Below, one piece after another: positions 1-10,248 of a stretch of DNA of 64,000 bases. Position 1 is the first letter of the stretch, and each line of letters begins with the position of its first letter. The notes beneath the pieces were generated by a model. It did not search any database and was not told the DNA's origin. It was given only the letters and a program-made list of their open reading frames with translations. This stretch comes from an uncultured delta proteobacterium (GTDB lineage Bacteria > Desulfobacterota > Desulfuromonadia > Desulfuromonadales > JACZKF01): positions 155,113-219,112 of the forward strand of contig CAWFKQ010000008.1 of the NCBI GenBank assembly GCA_963816395.1. The letters are read 5' to 3'. Position numbers and translations under genes: made by a program.

Positions 1-2540
1 TCACCGAGGAGTTCGCCTGTCACAACGGCCACTACGGCACCCGCGAGGATGTCGTCTTCCTCATCAACGGCATCCCGGTGCTGGTGATCGAGTGCAAGAA
101 CGCCAGCAAGGACGAGGCGATCGCCCTCGGCGTCGACCAGATCCGCCGCTACCACGAGGAGACGCCGGAGCTGTTCGTGCCGCAGAAGCTCTTCACCGCC
201 ACCGAGGCGATCGGCTTCTCCTACGGCGTGACCTGGAACACGGTGCGGCGCAACATCTTCAACTGGAAGGATGAGGAGATCGGCAACCTGGAAGCAAGGT
301 CAAGAGCTTCTGCGCCATCCCGCAGGTGCTCGCCTTTCTCAAGGACTTCATCGTCTTCGCCGAGAAGGACGAGGAGCTGCAGAAGTACATCCTGCGCCAG
401 CACCAGACCGGGGCGGTGGAGGCGTGGTCAGCCGCGCGCTCGATCCGAAGCGCGGCGCGGGCTGGTCTGGCACACGCAGGGTAGCGGCAAGACCTTCACG
501 ATGATCAAGGCCGCGGAGATGCTGTTCAAGGCGCCCGCGGGCGGACAAGCCGACGGTGCTGCTGATGATCGACCGCAACGAGCTGGAAGACCAGATGCTC
601 AGCAACCTGGCGGCGCTGGGGCTGGGCAATCTGGAGCACGCCAACAGCATCGCCCAGCTGAACAAGCTGCTGCGCGACGACTACCGTGGCATCATCGTCA
701 CGATGATCCACAAGTTCCGCGACATGCCGGCGGACCTCAACACCCGCTCGAACATCTACGTGCTGATCGACGAGGCCCACCGCACCACCGGCGGCGATCT
801 CGGCAACTTCCTCATGGCCGGGCTGCCGAACGCCAGCTATCATCGGCTTCACCGGCACGCCGGTCGACAAGACCGCCTACGGCAAGGGGACGTTCAAGAC
901 CTTCGGCTGCGAGGACGACAAGGGCTACCTGCACAAATATTCCATCGCCGAGAGCATCGAAGACGGCACCACGCTGCCGCTCTACTACAACCTCGCGCCC
1001 AACGAGATGCTGGTGCCGCACGAGATCCTCGATAAGGAGTTCCTGTCGCTGGCCGAGACCGAGGGCGTGGCCGACATCGAGGAGCTGAACAAGATTCTCG
1101 ACCGGGCGGTGAACCTGAAGAACTTCCTGAAGGGGGAGAAGCGCATCCGCAAGGTGGCGCAGTACGTCGCCGAGCATTACCGGAAGAACGTCGAGCCGCT
1201 CGGCTACAAGGCGTTTCTGGTCGGCGTGGACCGGGAGGCCTGCGCCCGCTACAAGGAGGCGCTCGATAAGTATCCTGCCGCCGGAGTACTCCGAGGTCGT
1301 CTACACCGGCAACAACAACGACTCGGCGCTGCTGAAGGAGTTCCACCTCGACCCGAAGAAGGAGCGGCAGATCCGCAAGAGCTTCACCAAGCTCGACCAG
1401 CATGCCGAAGATCCTCATCGTCACCGAGAAGCTGCTCACCGGCTTCGACGCGCCGGTCCTCTACGCCATGTACCTCGACAAGCCGATGCGCGACCACACG
1501 CTGCTGCAGGCCATCGCCCGGGTGAACCGTCCTTACGAGAACGAGGCGGCGGAGATGGTGAAGCCGCACGGCTTCGTGCTCGACTTCGTCGGCATCTTCG
1601 ACAAGCTGGAGAAGGCGCTGGCCTTCGACAGCGACGAGATCAACGCCATCGTCAAGGACCTGAAGCTGCTCAAGGTCCTGTTCAAGAACAAGATGGAGGA
1701 GAAGGCGCCCGAGTACCTCGGCCTCATCGAGCGGAACTTCAACGACAAGGACGTCGACGCCCTGATCGAGCACTTCCGCGACACGGAGCGGCGCAAGGAG
1801 TTCTTCAAGGAGTACAAGGAGATCGAGATGCTCTACGAGATCATCTCGCCCGACGCCTTCCTGCGCCCGTACCTCGACGACTACACGACCCTCTCCGCCA
1901 TCTACGAGGTGGTGCGCAAGGAGTACGCCCGGCGGGTCTACGTCGACCGCGATTTCCAGCGCAAGACCAACGAACTCGTGCGGGAGACCATCGACAGCTA
2001 CGAGATCACCAGCGTGGACGAGTTCGTCGAGATCAACGCCGAGACGATCGAGCTGATCAAGAAGAAGAAAGGCGGCGACGGCCCCAAGGTGATCAACCTG
2101 GTCAAGAGCATCGCCAAAAAGGCCGAGGAGGAAAGCGGCGATCCCTTCCTGATCGCCATGGCGGAGCGGGCGAAGGCGGTCCAGGAGAGTTTCGAGAACC
2201 GCCAGACCAGCACGGCGGAAGCGTCTGGCTGAATTGCTGAAGGAAGTCGAGACAGAATGAAACACGGAAGAAGGAGCAGGCCGAAAAAGGCTTCGACGGC
2301 CTGACCTACTTCGTCTACCGCACCCTCCTGGACAACAAAGTAGAGAACGCCGAAGAAGTGAGCCGGAAGATCAGGAAGGCCTTTGTCGAGCACCCGAACT
2401 GGAAGAGGAGCGAGAGTGCCCTGCGGGAGCTGCGCCAGAAGGTCACCTTCGCCATCTTCGCCGAAACGGATGACCTCGATCAGGTCACCACCCTAGTGGA
2501 TGAGCTGTTCACCCTGCTGGAAAAAGCCGAACGGATCTGA
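1..2540 (+). CDS. hsdR: Type I restriction enzyme R subunit (5'-truncated by window edge, several frameshifts)
   Basis: Consecutive frames give VIECKN (nuclease motif), HTQGSGKT (Walker A), LIDEAHRT (DEAH), LLTGFDAP and [11 protein letters not shown]-terminus ends at TGA 2540. Confidence 0.9.
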
Positions 2541-2545
2541 TCGAA

Positions 2546-2890
2546 ATGACGGCTGAGCGGAAACAGGCGTTCAAGGCCCGGGTGTACTACTGGGCAGACA
2601 AGCTGGAGGTGCAAGTCGCCTGGCTCGGGGTGCGTGCGATGCGCAACAAGTGGGCCTCGTGCTCCACCAGCGGTAACCTGAACTTCAACGCAGAGCTGCT
2701 TGATCTCGACCGGGAGATCTGGGATTACGTCATCGTCCACGAGCTGCTGCATTTCAGCGTGCCCAACCACGGGCGATTGTGGAAGACTCTTATGACAGTG
2801 TATCTGGGGGATTACAAGAGGCTTGAGGAGAGGCTTGAAGGGGCGGCGAGATGCAGCCTCGATGAAACCTTCCCACCCGAAAAGGAGATA
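2546..2890 (+). CDS. YgjP/M48-like zinc metallopeptidase commonly following hsdR (true 3' end uncertain; ORF reads on into next gene)
   Basis: KWASCS...DYVIVHELLH...NHG motif (HExxH). Confidence 0.75.
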
Positions 2891-2894
2891 GACC

Positions 2895-3314
2895 ATGCCC
2901 GAAAAGCTCACCGGTTCCTGCCAATGTGGCCAGGTCCGCTACCAGGTCGCGGCCGAGAAGCTGGTCGCCGCCAACTGCCACTGCAACATCTGCAAGAAGC
3001 TCACCGGCAGCGCCTTCTCCAGTATCGTGCTCGTCGACGAGCGCGCGTTCACCCTGCTCGCTGGCGAGGAACTTCTGACCCACTACACGGTTTCGGAGAG
3101 AGCGAGCAAGCATTTCTGCAGCCGCTGCGGCAGCCCGGTCTTTAACCGCCACACCGGTTTCCCCGGCAAGCGCCTGATCGCCCTCGGCACCCTCGACGAC
3201 CCGGCGGCGGTCACGCCGGGAGTCAACGTCTTCTGCGAGAGCATGCTGGCGTGGACCGCCGCCGTCGGCAGCTTGCCCAGCTTCGACCGCGAGCCTCCGC
3301 GCAGGGAAAAATGA
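2895..3314 (+). CDS. GFA family (CENP-V-like) zinc-binding protein
   Basis: GSCQCG, CHCNICKK and FCSRCGS cysteine pattern; AGGAG RBS. Confidence 0.85.
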   Translation: MPEKLTGSCQCGQVRYQVAAEKLVAANCHCNICKKLTGSAFSSIVLVDERAFTLLAGEELLTHYTVSERASKHFCSRCGSPVFNRHTGFPGKRLIALGTLDDPAAVTPGVNVFCESMLAWTAAVGSLPSFDREPPRREK

Positions 3315-3399
3315 GGGGAGGGGCGCTGAATCAGCGGCGAAGGGTCGACCTCCGGGACGGTTTCACCTCTCTGACTTTATCTCTCTCTAAGGACACCCG

Positions 3400-3949
3400 A
3401 TGGCCCTGACCGCCACCATCTTCAAAGCCAACCTGCAGATTTCCGACATCGATCGCGCAGTATTACGGCGAACACCAGCTGACCCTGGCGCGCCATCCTT
3501 CGGAAACCGACGAGCGGATGATGGTACGGCTGCTCGCCTTTGCCCTGCACGCCGATGAGAACCTGAATTTCACCCGGGGACTGTGCGCCGACGACGAACC
3601 GGATCTCTGGCAGAAGAGTTTACGCGGTGAGATCGAGCTGTGGATCGATGTCGGCCTGCCCGACGAGCGCCGGATACGCAAGGCCTGCAATCGCGCCGCC
3701 CGAGTGTATCTCTACATCTACGGCGGTCGTGCTGCCGAGCTGTGGTGGCAGCGAAACGCCGACAAGCTGCAGCGCTTTGCCAATCTCCGGGTGGTCGAGC
3801 TGCCCGAAGCGCAGAGCAAGGGACTGGCCAGCCTCGTGCAGCGCAGCATGCAGTTGCAGTGCACGGTTCAGGATGGTGAGGTATGGCTCAATTGCGGCGA
3901 CCAGACCCTGAGCGTCTCACCTCTGGTCCGGAAACAGGAAAGGTATTGA
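3400..3949 (+). CDS. yaeQ: YaeQ family protein (one frameshift near 3460)
   Basis: MALTATIFKANLQISDIDR then LARHPSETDERMMVRLLAFAL...EPDLW...LWIDVGLPDERRIRKAC. Confidence 0.85.
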
Positions 3950-3992
3950 ACCGCAAGTCGCAAAACAAACTCCAACCGTTGAAAGGCCAACA

Positions 3993-4418
3993 ATGACCGA
4001 ATTCGACAACGCGCTGGCGATCTTCCTGCAGGACCGGAACGATCCTGAAAACCAGTCGAAATTTTACAACCTGTTTCTCAACTCCACCTTTCTCCTGCCG
4101 ACGGTTGGTGAACAGACCGAAGCCGGGGAGGAGGGCTCCGGGGAGAAGGCGTATGCGGTGCCGCTGGTGGTCGAAGCGGAAGGGGGCGATTACCTGATGC
4201 TCTTCGCCACCGAGGAGCGGCTGCGCAACTGGGCCAAGGAGGAGGTCAACTTCGTGGAGGTGCCGGGGCATGTACTCGCCGCCACCTCGACCCCGCAACT
4301 GCACTGGGCGCTGAATGTCGGCAGCGAGGAGTCGAAGCTGTTCCAGCCGGAGGAGATCGCCTGGCTCAAGGAAGTGGTCGCGCGCTGCGATGCGGACGCG
4401 GGGGAAGAGGGAGGGTGA
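3993..4418 (+). CDS. SseB-like protein
   Basis: 141-aa acidic ORF with FYNLFLNSTFLLP and LMLFATEERL pattern typical of SseB N-terminal domains. Confidence 0.6.
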   Translation: MTEFDNALAIFLQDRNDPENQSKFYNLFLNSTFLLPTVGEQTEAGEEGSGEKAYAVPLVVEAEGGDYLMLFATEERLRNWAKEEVNFVEVPGHVLAATSTPQLHWALNVGSEESKLFQPEEIAWLKEVVARCDADAGEEGG

Positions 4419-4481
4419 GGGGAGCGCCACGGGCGGATGCGAGGATCGGTGCTACACTGGACGATATCGCGAGGAAAATTT

Positions 4482-5252
4482 ATGCCCTCCGGATTCTTCG
4501 AGATGAGCCCCGATACTGACGACCTGCAACGCGCCGCGGCGGTCCTGGAAGCGCTGGTGCCGGAGGAGCAGTGGGCCGTCTATGCTCCGGTGCTGGAGCG
4601 CGCCCGGAGGCTCGGCCTGCGCTTTGCGATCGGCGGCGGTCTGGCCTACTCCCTCTATGCCGATCGCCGGCGCAATACCAAAGATCTCGACGTATTCATT
4701 CTGGCGGAGGACCACCACCCCTTTCTCGACCTGATGGCCGAGGAAGGATTCGCCGAGTACACGGAACTCCCCTATGACCGCTCCTGGAGCTATCGCGGCC
4801 GCAAGCAGGGGTACATCCTCGACGTCCTCTGGCGGATGCTCAACAACAGGGCCACCCTCGATCCGGACTGGATGCGCCGCGGCTGGGACCTGACGGTGCG
4901 CGGCATCCCCCTCCGGCTGATACCGGTCGAAGAACTGATCTGGACCAAAATCTACATCCTCTACCGACAGCGCTGCGACTGGCCCGACATTCTCTCCATC
5001 CTCCATGCCCGCGGACCGCGGCTGGACTGGGAGCATCTGCTGACGCGCCTGGGCGAGGATGGGCCGCTGTTGACGGGCGTCCTCGCCCTGTTTCGCTGGG
5101 TCTGTCCCGGGCGGGCGGCGCAGCTCCCCGACTGGTTATGGAAACGGCTGGGCTTGAGCGTGCCGCCGCCGGATGGGCCGGACATTCAGCCCGACCGGGT
5201 TGCGACAATCCGGGGCGGCGACTGGTTTCCCGCGCCCGGGAAGGAAAGCTGA
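4482..5252 (+). CDS. Uncharacterised nucleotidyltransferase (pol-beta superfamily)
   Basis: IGGGLAYSLY...RNTKDLDVF (GG...DxD) motif; GAGG RBS before ATG 4482. Confidence 0.7.
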   Translation: MPSGFFEMSPDTDDLQRAAAVLEALVPEEQWAVYAPVLERARRLGLRFAIGGGLAYSLYADRRRNTKDLDVFILAEDHHPFLDLMAEEGFAEYTELPYDRSWSYRGRKQGYILDVLWRMLNNRATLDPDWMRRGWDLTVRGIPLRLIPVEELIWTKIYILYRQRCDWPDILSILHARGPRLDWEHLLTRLGEDGPLLTGVLALFRWVCPGRAAQLPDWLWKRLGLSVPPPDGPDIQPDRVATIRGGDWFPAPGKES

Positions 5253-5253
5253 C

Positions 5254-6027
5254 ATGCAGATCGGCGCCATGAACCACCCGGCCCGGCCGGTCGAGGAGGA
5301 ACTCCGCTGGATGGCGGAACTGGGCCTGGATTTCATCGACCTGACCCTCGAGCCGCCGGCGGCCGGCTTCTGGCAGATCGATACGGCGGCAGTGCGGCGG
5401 GCGCTGCGGGAACACAAACTGGGCATCGTCGGCCATACCGCCTGGTATCTGCCGCTCGGCCATCCCTTCGAGCCGGTGCGGCGGGGGGCGGTGGAATGCT
5501 TCGTCCGCTCGGCCGCGGTGTTCGCAGAACTGGGTGCCGACCGGATGAACATCCATCCGGACGCCCGTGCGCCGCTGCACGATTTCGCCTTCGTGCTGCA
5601 GCGCAATCTGCAGAGTCTGCGGGAAATCATTGAGCAGGTCCGCCCCCTCGGTCTGACGGTGATGATCGAGAATCTGCCGGGGGAATTCAAGACCGTCGGC
5701 CAACTCGGCGGCCTGCTGGCGCCGCTTCCGGAACTCGGCTTCCATCTCGACATCGGCCACACTCTGCTGGCCGGCTCCGCCCCCCTGGCGGACCTCCTGG
5801 CCGCCTGGGGCTCCCGGTTGCGGCACGTTCATCTGCACGATAATCAGGGGGGGACGGCCGATCTGCATCTGCCCCTGGGGGCCGGCATCCTTGACCTGGA
5901 AGGGGCGCTGCGCGCCTTGAAAGGAAGCGGCTACAACGGAACCGTGACCTTGGAGGTCTTTGCGCCCGAGCGGGAGTACCTCCAATTGAGCGCCCGTCGC
6001 CTCCGCCGGCTCTGGGAGGCCTGCTGA
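5254..6027 (+). CDS. Sugar phosphate isomerase/epimerase / AP-endonuclease-2 TIM barrel protein
   Basis: MIENL, HLDIGH, HVHLHDN, DLHLPLG and VTLEVF metal-binding motifs. Confidence 0.8.
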   Translation: MQIGAMNHPARPVEEELRWMAELGLDFIDLTLEPPAAGFWQIDTAAVRRALREHKLGIVGHTAWYLPLGHPFEPVRRGAVECFVRSAAVFAELGADRMNIHPDARAPLHDFAFVLQRNLQSLREIIEQVRPLGLTVMIENLPGEFKTVGQLGGLLAPLPELGFHLDIGHTLLAGSAPLADLLAAWGSRLRHVHLHDNQGGTADLHLPLGAGILDLEGALRALKGSGYNGTVTLEVFAPEREYLQLSARRLRRLWEAC

Positions 6028-6048
6028 TCGCCCCCGACCGAATTTTTC

Positions 6049-6078
6049 TTGACAGCGTCGGGCCAAAGCTGTTAGGGT
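6049..6078 (+). promoter_or_regulatory. Probable sigma-70 promoter of the DEAD-box helicase operon
   Basis: TTGACA (6049-6054), 18 nt, then TGn-TAGGGT (6073-6078). Confidence 0.5.
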
Positions 6079-6124
6079 TCGCCGTAATACCAACGTTCCA
6101 GGAAATTTAACGACACGACCTCGT

Positions 6125-6153
6125 AAAGCCCCGGATCCTCCGGGGCTTTTTTT
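6125..6153 (+). terminator. Intrinsic terminator-like hairpin in the helicase 5' leader
   Basis: AAAGCCCCGGA-tcc-TCCGGGGCTTTTTTT, about 20 nt before the ATG. Confidence 0.7.
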
Positions 6154-6174
6154 GCGGGGCAAGAAAGAAGGAAA

Positions 6175-7416
6175 ATGGAATTTCGCAAGTTCAATCTGCA
6201 TCCCCAGGTCCAGGCGGGCATTGTGGCCGCCGGCTATGCGGCACCGACGCCGATCCAGGCCCAGGCGATCCCGCCGGTTCTTCAGGGGCGCGACGTGATG
6301 GGGCTGGCACAGACCGGCACCGGTAAGACCGCCGCTTTCGCGCTGCCGATCCTGCACCGGCTGCTGCAGGGGCAGCGCGGTTACGTGCGCGCCCTGGTGA
6401 TTGCTCCGACCCGCGAGCTGGCCGAGCAGATCCGCACCGCCGTCGATGAGCTGGGGCGGCAGACCCGCCTGCGCAGCGTCACCATCTATGGCGGCGTGGG
6501 GGTCAACCCCCAGGTGGAGAAGCTCAGGCGCGGCGCCGAGATCGTCGTCGCCTGCCCGGGGCGCCTCCTCGACCATCTGCGGCAGAAAACGATCGACCTC
6601 TCCCGCCTGGAAGTCCTGGTCCTCGATGAAGCGGACCAGATGTTTGATATGGGTTTTCTTCCCGACCTGCGCCGCATCCTGCAGCACCTGCCGAGTCAGC
6701 GGCAGACGCTGCTGTTCTCGGCGACCATGCCCGAGGAGATCCGCAAGCTGGCGCGCGAGGTCCTGAGCGAACCGGTCACCGTCCAGGTCGACACCGTTGC
6801 CCCGGCCGCCACCGTCAGCCATGCCCTGTATCCGGTCGAGCCGCATCTCAAGACGGCCCTGCTGCTGGAGTTGCTGAGTGAGGCCGACTCCGGTTCGGTC
6901 CTGGTTTTCACCCGCACCAAACACCGCGCCAAACGCCTGGGGGAGCAGCTCGCCAAGGCCGGCCACCGGACGGCCTCGCTGCAGGGGAACCTTTCCCAGA
7001 ACCGGCGCCAGGCCGCTCTTGATGGCTTCCGGCAGGGTACCTTCCGGGTCCTGGTGGCGACCGACATCGCCGCCCGCGGGATCGACGTTACCCAGATTTC
7101 CCACGTCATCAATTACGATATCCCCGATACCCCCGAGGCCTACATCCACCGCATCGGCCGCACCGGCCGCGCCACCCGCAGCGGCGATGCCTTCACCCTG
7201 GTGAGCGGCGAGGATACGGCCATGGTGCGAACCATCGAGCGGATCCTCGGCGCCCCCCTGGAGCGCCGGCAGGTGACTGGCTTCAACTATGGCACGCCCG
7301 CCCCGGTCGCTGCCTCGACCGGTCAGCCGCGCCAGGCTCCCCGCCGGCCGACGCGGAACACCGCACCGGGCCGCCCGGCCGACCCGCGCCGCAGAAGGCG
7401 GCCCGCGGCGAAATGA
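6175..7416 (+). CDS. rhlE: DEAD-box ATP-dependent RNA helicase (RhlE-like)
   Basis: AQTGTGKT, PTRELA, DEAD, SAT, ARGID and HRIGRTGR motifs; basic C-terminal tail. Confidence 0.9.
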   Translation: MEFRKFNLHPQVQAGIVAAGYAAPTPIQAQAIPPVLQGRDVMGLAQTGTGKTAAFALPILHRLLQGQRGYVRALVIAPTRELAEQIRTAVDELGRQTRLRSVTIYGGVGVNPQVEKLRRGAEIVVACPGRLLDHLRQKTIDLSRLEVLVLDEADQMFDMGFLPDLRRILQHLPSQRQTLLFSATMPEEIRKLAREVLSEPVTVQVDTVAPAATVSHALYPVEPHLKTALLLELLSEADSGSVLVFTRTKHRAKRLGEQLAKAGHRTASLQGNLSQNRRQAALDGFRQGTFRVLVATDIAARGIDVTQISHVINYDIPDTPEAYIHRIGRTGRATRSGDAFTLVSGEDTAMVRTIERILGAPLERRQVTGFNYGTPAPVAASTGQPRQAPRRPTRNTAPGRPADPRRRRRPAAK

Positions 7417-8255
7417 AAAGCAGCGCGCCGGAGGTTGGCCGCGTGCACACCCTGACCGTCGTGCGGGTGGATGCGCGCGGCGCCTGGCTGGACGGAGGTG
7501 ACGAGCCGCTGCTGTTGCCGCGGCGGGGGGCTTCGGCCGCCGTGCGTCCAGGCGAGCGGCTGACGGTCTTCGTCTTCCGGGACAGCGCCGGCGAACTGCG
7601 GGCCAGCCTCAAGCGGCCCCTCGCCCAGATGGGCGAATTCGCCCTGCTCACCGTCCGCTCCGTCGGACCGCACGGTGCCTTTCTCGACTGGGGGGTGGAG
7701 AAGGACCTGCTCGTCCCCTTCAGCCAGCAGCCCGAGCGCCTGCAGCCCGGCCGCGCCTGCCTCGTGCGGGTCTGTCTCGACCGGGAGGGGCGACCCTACG
7801 CCAGCGCCCGCGTCGAAGACCTGCTGGAAGGGAAAGTCGCCGGCCTGACCGAAGGGGACGAGGTCGCCCTCGTCCTCTGGCAGTTCACCGAACTCGGGGC
7901 CAAGGTCATCGTCAATCACCGCTTCGCCGGTCTGCTCTACCGGGACGAACTGAATCCCGGGATGCGCTCCGGCGACTGCCTCACCGGCTATGTCAAGCGC
8001 CTGCGCGGCGACGGTAAAATCGACGTCACCCTGCGCAAGGTCGGACTGGAAGGGATCGAGGAGGCCAGGGGGGTCATCCTGGCCGCACTGCGCAAACGTG
8101 GCCGGGGCTTCCTCCCGCTGCACGATGCGAGTTCTCCCGACGCGATCCGCGAGGCCCTGGGGCTGAGCAAGAAGATGTTCAAGCGGGCGGTGGGAAACCT
8201 CTATAAGGAAGGTCTGGTCGAGATCACGGGAGAAGGAATCCGCCTGAAAAAATAA
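7413..8255 (+). CDS. cvfB: CvfB/YitL S1-domain RNA-binding protein
   Basis: GAFLDWGVEKDLLVP and C-terminal winged helix SKKMFKRAVGNLYKE; ATGA overlap with helicase. Confidence 0.85.
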   Translation: MKSSAPEVGRVHTLTVVRVDARGAWLDGGDEPLLLPRRGASAAVRPGERLTVFVFRDSAGELRASLKRPLAQMGEFALLTVRSVGPHGAFLDWGVEKDLLVPFSQQPERLQPGRACLVRVCLDREGRPYASARVEDLLEGKVAGLTEGDEVALVLWQFTELGAKVIVNHRFAGLLYRDELNPGMRSGDCLTGYVKRLRGDGKIDVTLRKVGLEGIEEARGVILAALRKRGRGFLPLHDASSPDAIREALGLSKKMFKRAVGNLYKEGLVEITGEGIRLKK

Positions 8256-8283
8256 TGGCCGCAATTTCTGCCCATGAACGAAG

Positions 8284-8311
8284 AAGAGGGCGGTCGCTTG
8301 ACCGCCCTCTT
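8284..8311. terminator. Hairpin after cvfB
   Basis: AAGAGGGCGGTC-gctt-GACCGCCCTCTT perfect 12-bp stem. Confidence 0.6.
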
Positions 8312-8463
8312 ACTGTATGTGCCCGCCAACAGAATTTTTTGCCCCGCATAATTTCTCCTCCGGTCTGAAAATTTCCCATCCTGTGGTATAGCTGTCATTA
8401 ATTTAATGGTGCTAAGAGAAATTGGGTCCGATTATTCCTGGTTCTCAAGGAACGGAGGTCATC

Positions 8464-9656
8464 ATGCGAAAAAGAGATTTACCCGCAGGGATTTTCTGAA
8501 GACAACAGGAGTGGTTTCGGCCGTGGCGGCGGTCGGCGCCACACCGCTGGGACTGCTGGCGGCGGAGAGGAAGCTGGTCAAGTTCCCGCAGAAGACCAAT
8601 CTGGAGCTGCTGACCTCGCGCCCGCCGCAGCTGGAGACGCCGATCAAATTCTTCAAGGAGCTGATCACCCCGAACGACGCCCTGTTCGTGCGCTGGCATA
8701 TCTCCGGCGTTCCCACCAGCGTCGACCCGGCGCAGTGGCGTCTCAACGTCGGCGGCCACGTCAACCAGCCCATCGCGCTGACCCTTGCCGATCTGAAGAA
8801 CCGTTTTCAGAAAACCTCCTACACCGCGGTGATCCAGTGCTCCGGTAACGGCCGCAGCTTCATGGACCCGCGGGTTCCCGGGGGGCAGTGGGGCAACGGG
8901 GCGATGGGGAACGTGACCTGGGGCGGCGTCAAGCTCAAGGATATTCTCAACGCCGCCGGGGTGAAGGCAGGGGCGGTGGACGTCGGCTTCAACGGCCTGG
9001 ACAAGCCGCCTCTGGAGACCGTCCCGGACTTCGTCAAGAGCCTGCCGGTCGACGAGGCGCTGGGCGAGGACATCCTGGTCGCCTACGAGATGAACGGCGA
9101 GCCCCTGCCGATGCTCAACGGCTATCCGGCCCGCCTGATCGTGCCGGGCTGGTTCGCCACCTACTGGGTCAAGTCCCTCAGCGACATCACCGTTCTCAAC
9201 AATCCCTTCGACGGCTTCTGGGTGAAGACCGCCTACCGGATTCCCGCCAATGCCTGCGGCTGCGTGCCGCCGGGATCCAAGCCGCAGAGTACCGTCCCCA
9301 TCAACCGGATGGTCACCCGCTCGCTGATCGTCACCCCGACTCACGGCCAGAAAGTGCCGGCGGGAAAAGAAGCGCAGGTGATGGGGCTGGCCTTCTCCGG
9401 GGGCTACAGCATTCGCGACGTCATCGTCTCGGTCGACGGCGGCAAGACCTGGAAGGAGGCCAAACTCGGCAAGGACCTGGGGAAATACTCCTGGATCCAG
9501 TGGACCTTCCCCTGGCGTCCGGAGAAAGCGGGAAACTATACCCTCATGGCCCGCGCCACCAACACCTTCGGCGAGTCGCAGCCCTTCGAGAGCGTCTGGA
9601 ATCCGGGCGGATACCTGTACAACAAGATCGAGAAGGTCAACATCACGGCCGCATAG
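8464..9656 (+). CDS. Tat-exported molybdopterin oxidoreductase of the sulfite oxidase family (SorA-like); probable indel just after the start
   Basis: TRRDFLK Tat motif, FVRWH, QCSGNGR (Mo-ligand Cys), NGYPARLIVPGW, Ig-like C-terminal dimerisation domain. Confidence 0.85.
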
Positions 9657-9658
9657 AA

Positions 9659-9776
9659 GGCTGATGAAAAACGCCCATCTGTGGCGTTGCCCTCATCCTT
9701 CGTCAACGACGTACCTTCGGTACGCCTTATTCCTCAGGATTTCGGGCGCCTTGCATCTGGGCATTTTTGCTCAGCC
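9659..9776. mobile_element. MITE-like palindromic intergenic element (~118 bp)
   Basis: Imperfect terminal inverted repeats GGCTGATGAAAAACGCCCA ... TGGGCATTTTTGCTCAGCC; internal GTAC-cttcg-GTAC hairpin; non-coding between two co-oriented genes. Confidence 0.6.
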
Positions 9777-9807
9777 AGAGAACCTGAGCCACATGATAGG
9801 AGGCGCC

Positions 9808-10146
9808 ATGAAACGGCTCGTACTGCCCATGCTCATCCTGCTCGCCCTGCCGGCGGCGGCTCTGGCCCAGGGGGATGTCAAGGAGCCACCAAAGACCGGC
9901 GTGCACTCCATCACCCTGCCGGAGGTGCCCGTCCAGCTCAAGGAGGGGAAGGGGAAGGAGACGACGCAGAAATACTGCAGCATCTGCCACAGCCCCGATT
10001 ACATCCCCATGCAGCCGCCCTTCCCCCAGGAGAAGTGGGCCGCCATCGTCAACAAGATGCGCAAGGTCTACGGCGCCCCGGTGCCCGATGCGGCCGCGCA
10101 GGAGATCATCAACTATCTCGGCGCCAATTACGGTCCGGGAAAATAG
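9808..10146 (+). CDS. Monoheme cytochrome c (SorB-like)
   Basis: Signal peptide, CSICH heme motif, YIPMQP and KMRKVYGAP; GGAGG RBS. Confidence 0.85.
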   Translation: MKRLVLPMLILLALPAAALAQGDVKEPPKTGVHSITLPEVPVQLKEGKGKETTQKYCSICHSPDYIPMQPPFPQEKWAAIVNKMRKVYGAPVPDAAAQEIINYLGANYGPGK

Positions 10147-10187
10147 ATCGTGCCTCGGCCTCGATAAACGGCACCTCTCGGAGCGGA

Positions 10188-10245
10188 GGACAGGCACCTT
10201 ACGGTAACCTCTGACGGGGACAGGCACCTGACGGAGCCAGTCCCC
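10188..10245. repeat. REP-like palindromes between convergent genes
   Basis: GGACAGGCACCT occurs twice; second copy forms GGGGACAGGC-ACCTGACGGA-GCCAGTCCCC hairpin. Confidence 0.55.
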
Positions 10246-10248
10246 TCT

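Noticed and set aside
2546..3145. Metallopeptidase ORF overlapping the GFA gene by 250 nt as a fusion or dual-coding region
   Set aside because: Family similarity ends near 2850; the extension is an off-frame read of the GFA gene, probably a lost stop.
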